The notes beneath the pieces were generated by a model. It was given only the letters and a program-made list of their open reading frames with translations, was not told where the DNA came from and ran no database searches. Below are positions 17,082-24,288 of a DNA stretch of 51,415 bases, piece by piece. The first letter of the stretch is position 1, and each line of letters opens with the position of its first letter. The translations under genes were made by a program, and so were the position numbers. Source of the stretch: a virus (lineage: Duplodnaviria; Caudoviricetes); IMG/VR virus record IMGVR_UViG_3300015241_000018, positions 1 through 51,415 of that record. One strand, written 5' to 3'.

Positions 17082-18530
17082 GTTGGAGTGCTAAACACTT
17101 TTCAACAAACAGATCGCTAAGAAGCGAGCCGGGGAAAAGTTGTTCTAGCTTTACTAGGAGTCGACCGTGGGTGAAAACTCTTCCCGTGAAGATTGGGTAA
17201 GTCCCTGCACCCCGAGAGAATAACGGCGCTCTCCGTATTATTTAACACCAGCAACGCGAACCCTCCCCGCTCCGGGATACCCCAACCTCCCGCAGGACTC
17301 AGGTGCCTGGTTGCTGTGACTGCCTCGTATAGCCAGGCAGACCAAGAGACCGTTTGACCGTTCGTCTGCTAAAACGGTAGAGTATCATCCTACTGGGAAT
17401 ATAGCTGTTCGGGTGACGCCCCAGAACTTCGTCAGCAATAGACCATGAGTGTGGGTGCAATCCCCACTGGCACTACTACGGTGGCGAACCTAATAGGAGT
17501 GCATGGTGAGCAAGACAGTGAGCGAAGGTAGCGTGAGCGCCAGCACATGTGTATCATTAACACAATGACTGTCAGATCAAATAGATGTCGCGTATGCTAG
17601 GGTCGGTAGTGACCGATGCTATAACCTCTGTAGAGGGCGCGTATGAGGGTAAAGGCCTTGCCTTAACTGGCTAGAGTGTCTGAAGCGATAGTAGGTGGTA
17701 GAATTAGATGTCCAACCGGAGAGTTCGATCCTCTCCCCCCGTGTATCGGGGACTGGCGGCTGTAGGACTGGACCACTTGGTATGTGGAGGTTCGTGGACT
17801 AGGGATATACACATGGGGTGCAACCTGTGCATGTCAGTTCAAGTCTGACCCGGATATCGTAATGAAGTAGGACACCGATAAAAGCGAGACCCGACCGGAC
17901 AACGTCATCGGTATTGGCGTTAGCTTAGCGGTAAGAGTTCACCTCTCAACTACTCTGACCCGACTGCTAGGAAGCGCGTCATCTGGACTGCGCCTTCAGG
18001 AAGCGTAGACGCAGCATTCTATGACTGTACACTGGATACCTTGTAACCTCCAGGCTATTGCAGCAGTATGTACGATGCCGGAAGGCCTTAGGATGTGGAG
18101 CAACGATTATTGATCGTCTGGCTCAATATAGACTGCGTACATTCGCAGGGATGTGGTCTTCGTACCGTTCGGATGGTAGAAAGTATGTATCACTAGGTCA
18201 GGTTCCTAGCATTGAGCATGCGACGGCCAGGATACGTAAGAGCATCAAGCAACAGACTACTGTGACTAGGTGTACCGCTCAAGGACTGTGAGCCAGAGAG
18301 CATACGCTGAATGGGTGGAGTAAGACGCCTCTAACGCTGTCTAATAACATGGATGGTAAGAGCCGCAAGCCGGTCCAGCAAGTCCATATAACTGAATTCC
18401 AGTAACGCCAGATAAGCGTGAATCTAGCTGATGGAGGAGCCAATGCCCAAAAGAGCCTCTCAACAGCAGCCCCAGCCTCCTTAATACAACCAAGATGGTG
18501 GGGAGTGCCGAGTACGAGTACTCCCCAAGC
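17082..18530 (+). ncRNA. Candidate large structured noncoding RNA or RNA cluster (~1.45 kb)
   Basis: No ORF of 60 aa or more in 17080-18057 and only weak ORFs after; continuous hairpins, including T-arm-like stems at 17451-17467, 17718-17736 and 17833-17849. Boundaries approximate. Confidence 0.65.
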
Positions 18531-18549
18531 CACAGAAGGAGTAGATGTT

Positions 18550-18900
18550 ATGAGTAGATTTGGAGATATGATGACCATCGCGAAGATGCTCAATGACTCT
18601 AAGTCAGAGAAGCCATCTAAGCCGTGGAAGAAAGCTTCTAAGGAAAAGGATCCAATCGCTATACTGATTGAATTTCAGGAGAAGATGGATCGATATAATA
18701 AATGGCAGAAAGACCAGGAGAAGATTAACAAGAAGGAAGATAAGAAGGAACACAAAGGCTTGCTACCAGCCGACTGGTCAGTAGCCAAGCAGACAGCCTT
18801 CTTTGCCTTGGCTGGTCCACCGATAGCCATAGGATATTTATTCGGAATTATTATTCTGGTACGTATGCTCTCAGTATTTATTGTAGGATCACATGGATGA
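18550..18900 (+). CDS. Membrane protein (116 aa)
   Basis: Start re-placed at ATG 18550 after AAGGAG; C-terminal TM helix. Confidence 0.7.
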   Translation: MSRFGDMMTIAKMLNDSKSEKPSKPWKKASKEKDPIAILIEFQEKMDRYNKWQKDQEKINKKEDKKEHKGLLPADWSVAKQTAFFALAGPPIAIGYLFGIIILVRMLSVFIVGSHG

Positions 18901-18987
18901 TAAGATGTGAATACTGCACACAACCTGAAGAAGAATTATTGAAGCTAGATAAAGAACTATTAGAAATGAAAGAGTTAATACTAAAAG

Positions 18988-19854
18988 GTGATAAAAGATA
19001 TAAACACATTAATCCCGGACATCTACAAGCTAGTAGGCGGGAAGGAGAATTGGCTACAAGGTGACATCGCTAATCAGTTCACAACTGAACTCACTATTAA
19101 ACTCCAAGGATCCCTTGAAGAGAAAGGCAGCCCTAGGCTACGTCTCTCAGGTATGGGCCCAAAGTGCCACTGCGCACTGTGGCACTCAATACATTCCGCA
19201 ATGGATGCGGAACCACTCCCCCCTTGGGCTAAAATCAAATACACCTACGGACACATACTTGAAGCGCTTGTAATCGCAATGGCCAAGGCTGCCGGCCATG
19301 AAGTAACAGGAGAACAGGATGCTGTATCTGTTGACGGGATCGTGGGGCATAGAGATTGTGTCATTGACGGCTGCATCGTGGACGTTAAGTCTGCTTCTAG
19401 CCGTGGCTTCCAAAAGTTCAAGGACCGTTCAATCACATCCGATGATACTTTTGGCTACTTGGATCAACTTGATGGCTATATTGTGGGGTCCCTTCATGAC
19501 CCCCTTGTTCGGGATAAAGAGCATGGCTATCTATTAGCAATCGACAAAACATTAGGACATATGTGTTTATATGAGCATACTGCGCGCGAAGAAAGTATTA
19601 GAAAAAGAATTCGAGATTATAGAGATGTCGTCGCTCTTAGTAGAGCTCCACCGTGCACTTGTGAACAAGTTCCCGATGGAAAGTCCGGAAACATTAAGCT
19701 GGGCATTAGAGCAAGCTATAATGCGTTTAAGTACCAGTGTCACCCACAGCTTCGAACCTTTCTCTACGCAAGTGGACCAGTCTACCTCACCCATGTTGCC
19801 AGAAAGCCAGACGTAATTGAGATAGACAAATACGGTAAAGTAGTTTATAATTAA
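18988..19854 (+). CDS. PD-(D/E)xK (Cas4-like) exonuclease
   Basis: YGHILE, GHRDCVIDGCIVDVKS and YLDQLDGY motifs. Confidence 0.85.
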   Translation: MIKDINTLIPDIYKLVGGKENWLQGDIANQFTTELTIKLQGSLEEKGSPRLRLSGMGPKCHCALWHSIHSAMDAEPLPPWAKIKYTYGHILEALVIAMAKAAGHEVTGEQDAVSVDGIVGHRDCVIDGCIVDVKSASSRGFQKFKDRSITSDDTFGYLDQLDGYIVGSLHDPLVRDKEHGYLLAIDKTLGHMCLYEHTAREESIRKRIRDYRDVVALSRAPPCTCEQVPDGKSGNIKLGIRASYNAFKYQCHPQLRTFLYASGPVYLTHVARKPDVIEIDKYGKVVYN

Positions 19855-19870
19855 TACATTGGAGAACGAA

Positions 19871-20053
19871 ATGATTACCAGAGAATACGAGATTACTCCC
19901 CTTGAGAATGGCTATGTTGTAGAACACTCTTTTAAAGAACCCACAGATGGATTAGAATTCAACTACAAGTACAAGAGGTATATGTTTACTGATTGGAATG
20001 GCGTAGTCGATTGGGTAAAGAATAATCCCATTGCCATCCCGCAAGAAACCTAA
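19871..20053 (+). CDS. Hypothetical protein (60 aa)
   Basis: GGAG RBS before ATG 19871. Confidence 0.6.
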   Translation: MITREYEITPLENGYVVEHSFKEPTDGLEFNYKYKRYMFTDWNGVVDWVKNNPIAIPQET

Positions 20054-20384
20054 GCCCAGGAATAAGTTCGAGACTAGAGTCTATAGTGCCCTGACCTCTT
20101 CCAGGGTTAAGTTCAAGTATGAGTCTGAGAAGATACCCTACTTGATTTCAGGGCACTATATACCTGACTTCGTACTCAATACTAAGCAAGGAAAAATATA
20201 CATCGAGACTAAGGGACACTTCAGACCTGAGGCTAAACGTAAGATGGCAGCAGTGAAGAAGCTAAATCCAAGTCTCGACATTAGAATTCTATTCTATTCA
20301 TACAACAAGTCATACGTTAAATGGTGCACAAAACATGGCTTTCAATACGCGATCGGTGAGCTACCGGAGGAATGGTTACAATGA
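20031..20384 (+). CDS. T7 endonuclease I-like Holliday junction resolvase
   Basis: RNKFE, YESEKIPY, YIPDF, IETKG, DIRILF and WC.KHGF motifs. Confidence 0.9.
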   Translation: MPSRKKPKPRNKFETRVYSALTSSRVKFKYESEKIPYLISGHYIPDFVLNTKQGKIYIETKGHFRPEAKRKMAAVKKLNPSLDIRILFYSYNKSYVKWCTKHGFQYAIGELPEEWLQ

Positions 20385-20536
20385 GCTTTCAGCATGGTCC
20401 TAGCAATCAGGATAACCACGCTTTACTTGGGTGTCTATTTGGCGCTGTACTCGTTCTGGCTATATGCCTCGTAATAGGTGTATTAGATAAACACGGTACT
20501 CTTGATCCTATTCTGGACTACCTAGGGATACAGTGA
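20381..20536 (+). CDS. Small membrane protein (51 aa)
   Basis: Manually translated; ATGA coupling; TM helix LLGCLFGAVLVLAICLVIGVL. Confidence 0.55.
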   Translation: MSFQHGPSNQDNHALLGCLFGAVLVLAICLVIGVLDKHGTLDPILDYLGIQ

Positions 20537-20679
20537 CTACATACGCTACCCTACTTGAAGTATATACTTTAGAAGAAATACTTGAACTAAACGATAAGAC
20601 AGAAGAAGATTGCTTAGAGTACTTGGTCGACCAAGGCTACGTCAAGTTACCCACAATCAAACCATTGGACTTCGAATGA
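20533..20679 (+). CDS. Small acidic protein (48 aa)
   Basis: GTGA coupling; YTLEEILELNDKTEEDCLEYLVDQGYVKLP. Confidence 0.6.
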   Translation: MTTYATLLEVYTLEEILELNDKTEEDCLEYLVDQGYVKLPTIKPLDFE

Positions 20680-20777
20680 AAGAACTAAACTTTTGGATAG
20701 GAGCGCTAGCAGGAGCTTTAGCTCTTTATCTAGCTGAACGTACACACTGTGTTATGGGACATTGCTTCTTCTTCTAA
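20676..20777 (+). CDS. Small hydrophobic protein (33 aa)
   Basis: ATGA coupling; MKELNFWIGALAGALALYLA... Confidence 0.45.
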   Translation: MKELNFWIGALAGALALYLAERTHCVMGHCFFF

Positions 20778-20787
20778 TGAGGTTCGA

Positions 20788-20889
20788 ATGATGTCAACAG
20801 CCGAACATATCTATCGTCTTGAAATGGGGGTTATGTCTTTAATAGCAGCTATGTTTATTATGATCGTTATACTACTTTTAAAGAAATGA
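20788..20889 (+). CDS. Small membrane protein (33 aa)
   Basis: GAGG RBS; C-terminal TM helix; ATGA coupling to next gene. Confidence 0.45.
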   Translation: MMSTAEHIYRLEMGVMSLIAAMFIMIVILLLKK

Positions 20890-21071
20890 ATAAAACACAC
20901 CATCCTAGTAACCGTGCAGAGCGGCTACGCCTAAAGAGAATGAGAGATACCTTTGACAATAAATCAAGTGAGCTCGGAAGGATACGTAAACGAAACCTCC
21001 AAGAGCTCAAGACAAAGGAACTCGAAAATGAGCTTAGGATCGTCGTATCTGGCTCGCAAGAAGAAGTCTAA
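20886..21071 (+). CDS. Small basic protein (61 aa)
   Basis: Coupled ORF. Confidence 0.55.
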   Translation: MNKTHHPSNRAERLRLKRMRDTFDNKSSELGRIRKRNLQELKTKELENELRIVVSGSQEEV

Positions 21072-21261
21072 CTCTTCTTCAATTAAATCTCAGATCTCTC
21101 TGAGCCACATCACCAACGGGATCATACCCATCCTAGAGATGGTTAAACTACTCAAGCCTAGAGATGAGGTCATCTCCATTGACTTTGACTGGCACAACAT
21201 CAAGGACGATATATGTCCTATAACAATAAACGTAAGAAAGGAGGCGTCTAAGACCAAATGA
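21028..21261 (+). CDS. Hypothetical protein (77 aa)
   Basis: ATG 21028 after AAGGA, in frame with track ORF 20953..21261. Confidence 0.55.
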   Translation: MSLGSSYLARKKKSNSSSIKSQISLSHITNGIIPILEMVKLLKPRDEVISIDFDWHNIKDDICPITINVRKEASKTK

Positions 21262-21270
21262 CTACAATGA

Positions 21271-21513
21271 ATGGCTAAGGGGAATAGAAACTATCCAAAG
21301 GAAACTGCTTATGAAGAACGTCCTGCGCAGGTCAAACGCCGGGAAGCTCGCAATAGAGCGAGAACTAAAGCAGCTAAAGCCGGTAAAGTACACAAGCATG
21401 ATGGACTCGAAGTTGATCACCTTGGGTACCACAGAACTGGCAGTCTTGATCACGTTAGGACTGCTGTTGTCACAAAGCATGCGAATAGAATTAGGCAACC
21501 AAAGAGACATTGA
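21271..21513 (+). CDS. Small HNH-like basic protein
   Basis: RNRAR...GKVHKHDGLEVDH...HANR pattern of small podophage HNH-type proteins. Confidence 0.7.
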   Translation: MAKGNRNYPKETAYEERPAQVKRREARNRARTKAAKAGKVHKHDGLEVDHLGYHRTGSLDHVRTAVVTKHANRIRQPKRH

Positions 21514-21548
21514 TACTTAGGCTATTACAGCCCAACAAAGGAAATAAC

Positions 21549-21713
21549 ATGAATGAGATCATTCACGAAGTGGTTTCAGAAGATAGCAAGCGCTATGTAT
21601 TCGCTATCGATCCCATCACAGGTGAGCAGATTAAGATCGAGCTTGCAGGCACGGGGGAGTTCAGCCAGGATCTCGACGATGCTCCGGCGCCGGAAGGCGT
21701 AACCATCCACTAA
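21549..21713 (+). CDS. Small acidic protein (54 aa)
   Basis: AAGGA RBS before ATG 21549. Confidence 0.65.
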   Translation: MNEIIHEVVSEDSKRYVFAIDPITGEQIKIELAGTGEFSQDLDDAPAPEGVTIH

Positions 21714-21715
21714 CT

Positions 21716-21789
21716 CCAGCAGCGCATCCTCCCTTGAGGCTGCTGGTAAACTGACCCGGGTTCTCTTAACAGAGGCCCGGGTCCTTTTT
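21716..21789 (+). terminator. Anti-SD-loop hairpin followed by a Rho-independent terminator (possible 3'-UTR sRNA)
   Basis: CCAGCAGC-(GCATCCTCCCTTGAG)-GCTGCTGG, then GACCCGGG...CCCGGGTC stem and T5. Confidence 0.75.
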
Positions 21790-22422
21790 ATGAGTATAAC
21801 AATGAAATATATTGATCTAGATGAAATTAAATCTATGGGCTATCTTAAAGAAGTATTCAAAAAGCGTAGAGCTGAAGTCAATTCATTAGCACCTACTGAA
21901 GAAATAGGCGGCTATGCGGTGCCCGCCCAAGAAGGGAATAATCCCATGTTCGACAAGTATAGTGATGTCCCCACGCCGAAGGCTCCCCGTAACGCTGCAG
22001 TGGCTGCCAACAGTGTGGTTGGTTCGTCTCTGGTGATCGAGTCTCCTGCTAAGACGGAGGAAGATCAGCGCCGGTACCTCGGTGCACGCGCCATGGATGT
22101 GCTGCTGGAGAAGCAGGATGCTCTGATGGAAGAGTTCAAGATCACGTTTCGGTGGCGTCCCAAGACGGTGCAGGAAGCTCTGAAGCGTATTCAGGACGGT
22201 CTGTTCACCATGAAGGGTTCCGAGAAGACGGATCCAGTTCCCTACAGCTGGCTGGAGAATGTGTTCTCCTGGCGTGGCCCCGAGGATCAGCCGGATGAGG
22301 CTGGCTTCAAGGTTGCTTCGGAGAAGCTGCACAAGGCCTTCGGTGATCTCCTGGACAAGATGCGGATCCTCTCTCCCATCGACGGTCTGAAGGAGTTCCA
22401 GGCGTTCCAGGCTGCTGCCTAA
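21790..22422 (+). CDS. Hypothetical protein (alternative start ATG 21946)
   Basis: Long ORF; AAGGGAATA RBS and a shift to GC-richer codons near 21946; ends ...FQAAA. Confidence 0.8.
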   Translation: MSITMKYIDLDEIKSMGYLKEVFKKRRAEVNSLAPTEEIGGYAVPAQEGNNPMFDKYSDVPTPKAPRNAAVAANSVVGSSLVIESPAKTEEDQRRYLGARAMDVLLEKQDALMEEFKITFRWRPKTVQEALKRIQDGLFTMKGSEKTDPVPYSWLENVFSWRGPEDQPDEAGFKVASEKLHKAFGDLLDKMRILSPIDGLKEFQAFQAAA

Positions 22423-22526
22423 TGGACTACAAGAAATGGGAAGAGCTAAGGAAAAGAAGTAAAGAAGATTTCAAGCTCTCTCCAAAGTGGTTGAAGTTAC
22501 CAAACACTAAATGGTTGATTTGGTAA
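22422..22526 (+). CDS. Small hypothetical protein (34 aa)
   Basis: TAATG coupling; manual translation only. Confidence 0.35.
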   Translation: MDYKKWEELRKRSKEDFKLSPKWLKLPNTKWLIW

Positions 22527-22572
22527 CAAACTAGTTGTCCTCCTACTGAGCTTGCCGGCTTCGAAAGCGGAC

Positions 22573-22612
22573 AAAGAAAGACCCCCATGCCTTACGGTGT
22601 GGGGGTTTTTTT
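22573..22612. terminator. Bidirectional terminator between the two arms
   Basis: ACCCCCATGCC-TTAC-GGTGTGGGGGT stem with a T tract on the right and AAAGAAAG on the left. Confidence 0.9.
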
Positions 22613-22651
22613 ATGTCTATACTAGACTTTAAGCGCCTAATGATAGGAATT

Positions 22652-24286
22652 TTACTTCTGAATTTGTGTAAATCTAGGTCTGTCTTCGGTAAGGCGTGGG
22701 GGTGTGAAAGCTCTATCCCATTTATTCATGTACATTCTCTTCTGAACATTACGAGCTTCTACTTCACCCATGAGTCTATTGTACTGTTCAACCTGTTTCT
22801 TTGATTCTTGTTTAAGTAAATCTTCACCTTCAACCACATCTTTAAGACGTTGGATTAATTTGGGATCTGTATACTCGAATAGACGCTTGTGAAGACCTGA
22901 AGGTAGGGATTCAGGATTCCTAATTGCATTCTTAAGGTTAGTTAATTGAGTGCTACTTATCTTATAGTCTTCCTTAATTTGCTGTTCAGTCTGAGTCTTA
23001 ACATTATTGAACTTCTGTTCCTGCGTAAGTAACTCTTTAGACTTAAACTCCATAGGATTACCACCCCTAGCAAAGCCTTCTATATCTTGAATACGGTGTT
23101 GAGCCTCATGTAATACCAAACTCTTAACGTAGTTAGGATTTAATTTATCCCCTAAGCTAAGTGTATTAGATATAGGATCCATTGCAGCATGAGCTACATC
23201 CTTTAAGTAATCAGGTAATCTAGCTACTTTAGTATGCATTAATTCAGGGTAAGCCTTAAACAACTCTGGATGATCTAGTACATCAGGTAAGTAAATGGGC
23301 TTAACAGTCTTACCAAAGAAGTCTTTAGGTTGATCTTTAAGACTTATTAAACCTCCTTCTGGAGTTTTACCAACACTATCTGAAAGTAAGCCTGTATCAA
23401 AATGTTCAGTCTTCAGGAGAGCTTTAGAATCATCTATCTCTTGACGCCACTGTGTATCAGCACCCCGGAATGTACCTGTAGCAGCGTGAATCTCGTCAGG
23501 ATGGGTGACATTAGCTTCTAACTCTTGAGCTTTAGCTAAGGCAGCTTTATCGAAGGTTAGGGCCTTGACCCCCTTCATAGTACCTGGGCCTGCGCTCAGA
23601 CCTATATTAATACCTCTATCTATATCTTCAGGAGTAATAGTTATCCAAGGATTAACCTTAATATCTTGAGAAGAGTCTCTAGGAGGAATGTAAGTCTTAC
23701 CGTCCTCAGCCCAATGTCCAGCTAAGTCTGGACGATCTTTAGCATACATACTTTGGTCAGAGAAAGTAGGATGATTAGGTTTCTTGAAGGTATCTGGCCA
23801 ATGTCCTGTGGTAGCATCTGGTTCTAGTCCAGCCTTATAAGCTCCTCGTAAATCATAGTCAGCTCCTGAGTCATTAGGAGCAAACTTCTGCTTCCAATCT
23901 TGGAACTTAGTCTCCTCTTCAGGAGATAAGTTAGTCTCGTACTGTTTCCCCGGTGTATTGATACCCCCAGGTGATTCTAACGCACCACGGGGCTCCCCAG
24001 GGGCTTGGGGACCCCTTCCAGAGAGATCGTAGTCTATGATATTACCCTGTTCATCATAGATATTATGGGGATCTTTACCTATATCTAGGTTATTCTTCAA
24101 TTGATTGGGAGTCTGTACATTCTCGTCTCTAGTAGGAGCAGGTTCTACTACATTATTATCTTTAGTATCGGGGGGATTACCCTTGTAGACATCAATCCTA
24201 TTCTTATCTAGGGTAGGATCATGTTGAGCAGCAGCATGTTCAAAGTCATTCTCATAGACACTCCCATCGCTAGTTCCAATGGCCAT
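22652..24286 (-). CDS. LPD23-like protein with HExxH metallopeptidase motif, probably virion-associated
   Basis: TGTFRGADTQWRQEIDD, VLDHPELFKAYPEL, LVLHEAQHRIQDIEGFARGGNP, YNRLMGEVEARNVQKR; extra N-terminal YDLRG...KKPNHPTFS domain. Confidence 0.75.
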   Translation of the reverse strand: MAIGTSDGSVYENDFEHAAAQHDPTLDKNRIDVYKGNPPDTKDNNVVEPAPTRDENVQTPNQLKNNLDIGKDPHNIYDEQGNIIDYDLSGRGPQAPGEPRGALESPGGINTPGKQYETNLSPEEETKFQDWKQKFAPNDSGADYDLRGAYKAGLEPDATTGHWPDTFKKPNHPTFSDQSMYAKDRPDLAGHWAEDGKTYIPPRDSSQDIKVNPWITITPEDIDRGINIGLSAGPGTMKGVKALTFDKAALAKAQELEANVTHPDEIHAATGTFRGADTQWRQEIDDSKALLKTEHFDTGLLSDSVGKTPEGGLISLKDQPKDFFGKTVKPIYLPDVLDHPELFKAYPELMHTKVARLPDYLKDVAHAAMDPISNTLSLGDKLNPNYVKSLVLHEAQHRIQDIEGFARGGNPMEFKSKELLTQEQKFNNVKTQTEQQIKEDYKISSTQLTNLKNAIRNPESLPSGLHKRLFEYTDPKLIQRLKDVVEGEDLLKQESKKQVEQYNRLMGEVEARNVQKRMYMNKWDRAFTPPRLTEDRPRFTQIQK

Positions 24287-24288
24287 GA

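Noticed and set aside
17249-17316. HDV/theta-like ribozyme around CCTCCCGC
   Set aside because: Could not build the nested P1/P2 pseudoknot; the segment closes as a simple CAGCAAC/GTTGCTG stem.
17640-17751. Possible tRNA, including an ochre suppressor for the terL TAA (GCC-TTAACT-GGC hairpin upstream of a T-arm)
   Set aside because: The loop is 6 nt, the distance to the T-arm is too long, there is no matching acceptor stem or CCA, and the bases after the T-arm form their own CCCCG/CGGGG hairpin.
17833-17960. Permuted tRNA or two-piece tmRNA (T-arm followed by D-arm-like segment)
   Set aside because: No complementary acceptor halves and no tag reading frame found by eye.
18058-18593. Track ORFs 18058..18291 (+), 18279..18593 (-) and the 5' extension from 18418
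   Set aside because: Weak starts, no clear RBS, and they lie in the hairpin-rich region; the strong RBS is at ATG 18550.
18988-19854. CRISPR-Cas system suggested by the Cas4-like nuclease
   Set aside because: No repeat-spacer array or other cas genes; solo nucleases of this type are common in podophage replication modules.
22535-22574. Hammerhead-like CTGA...CGAAA before the central terminator
   Set aside because: Does not fit the CUGANGA core or the three-stem arrangement.
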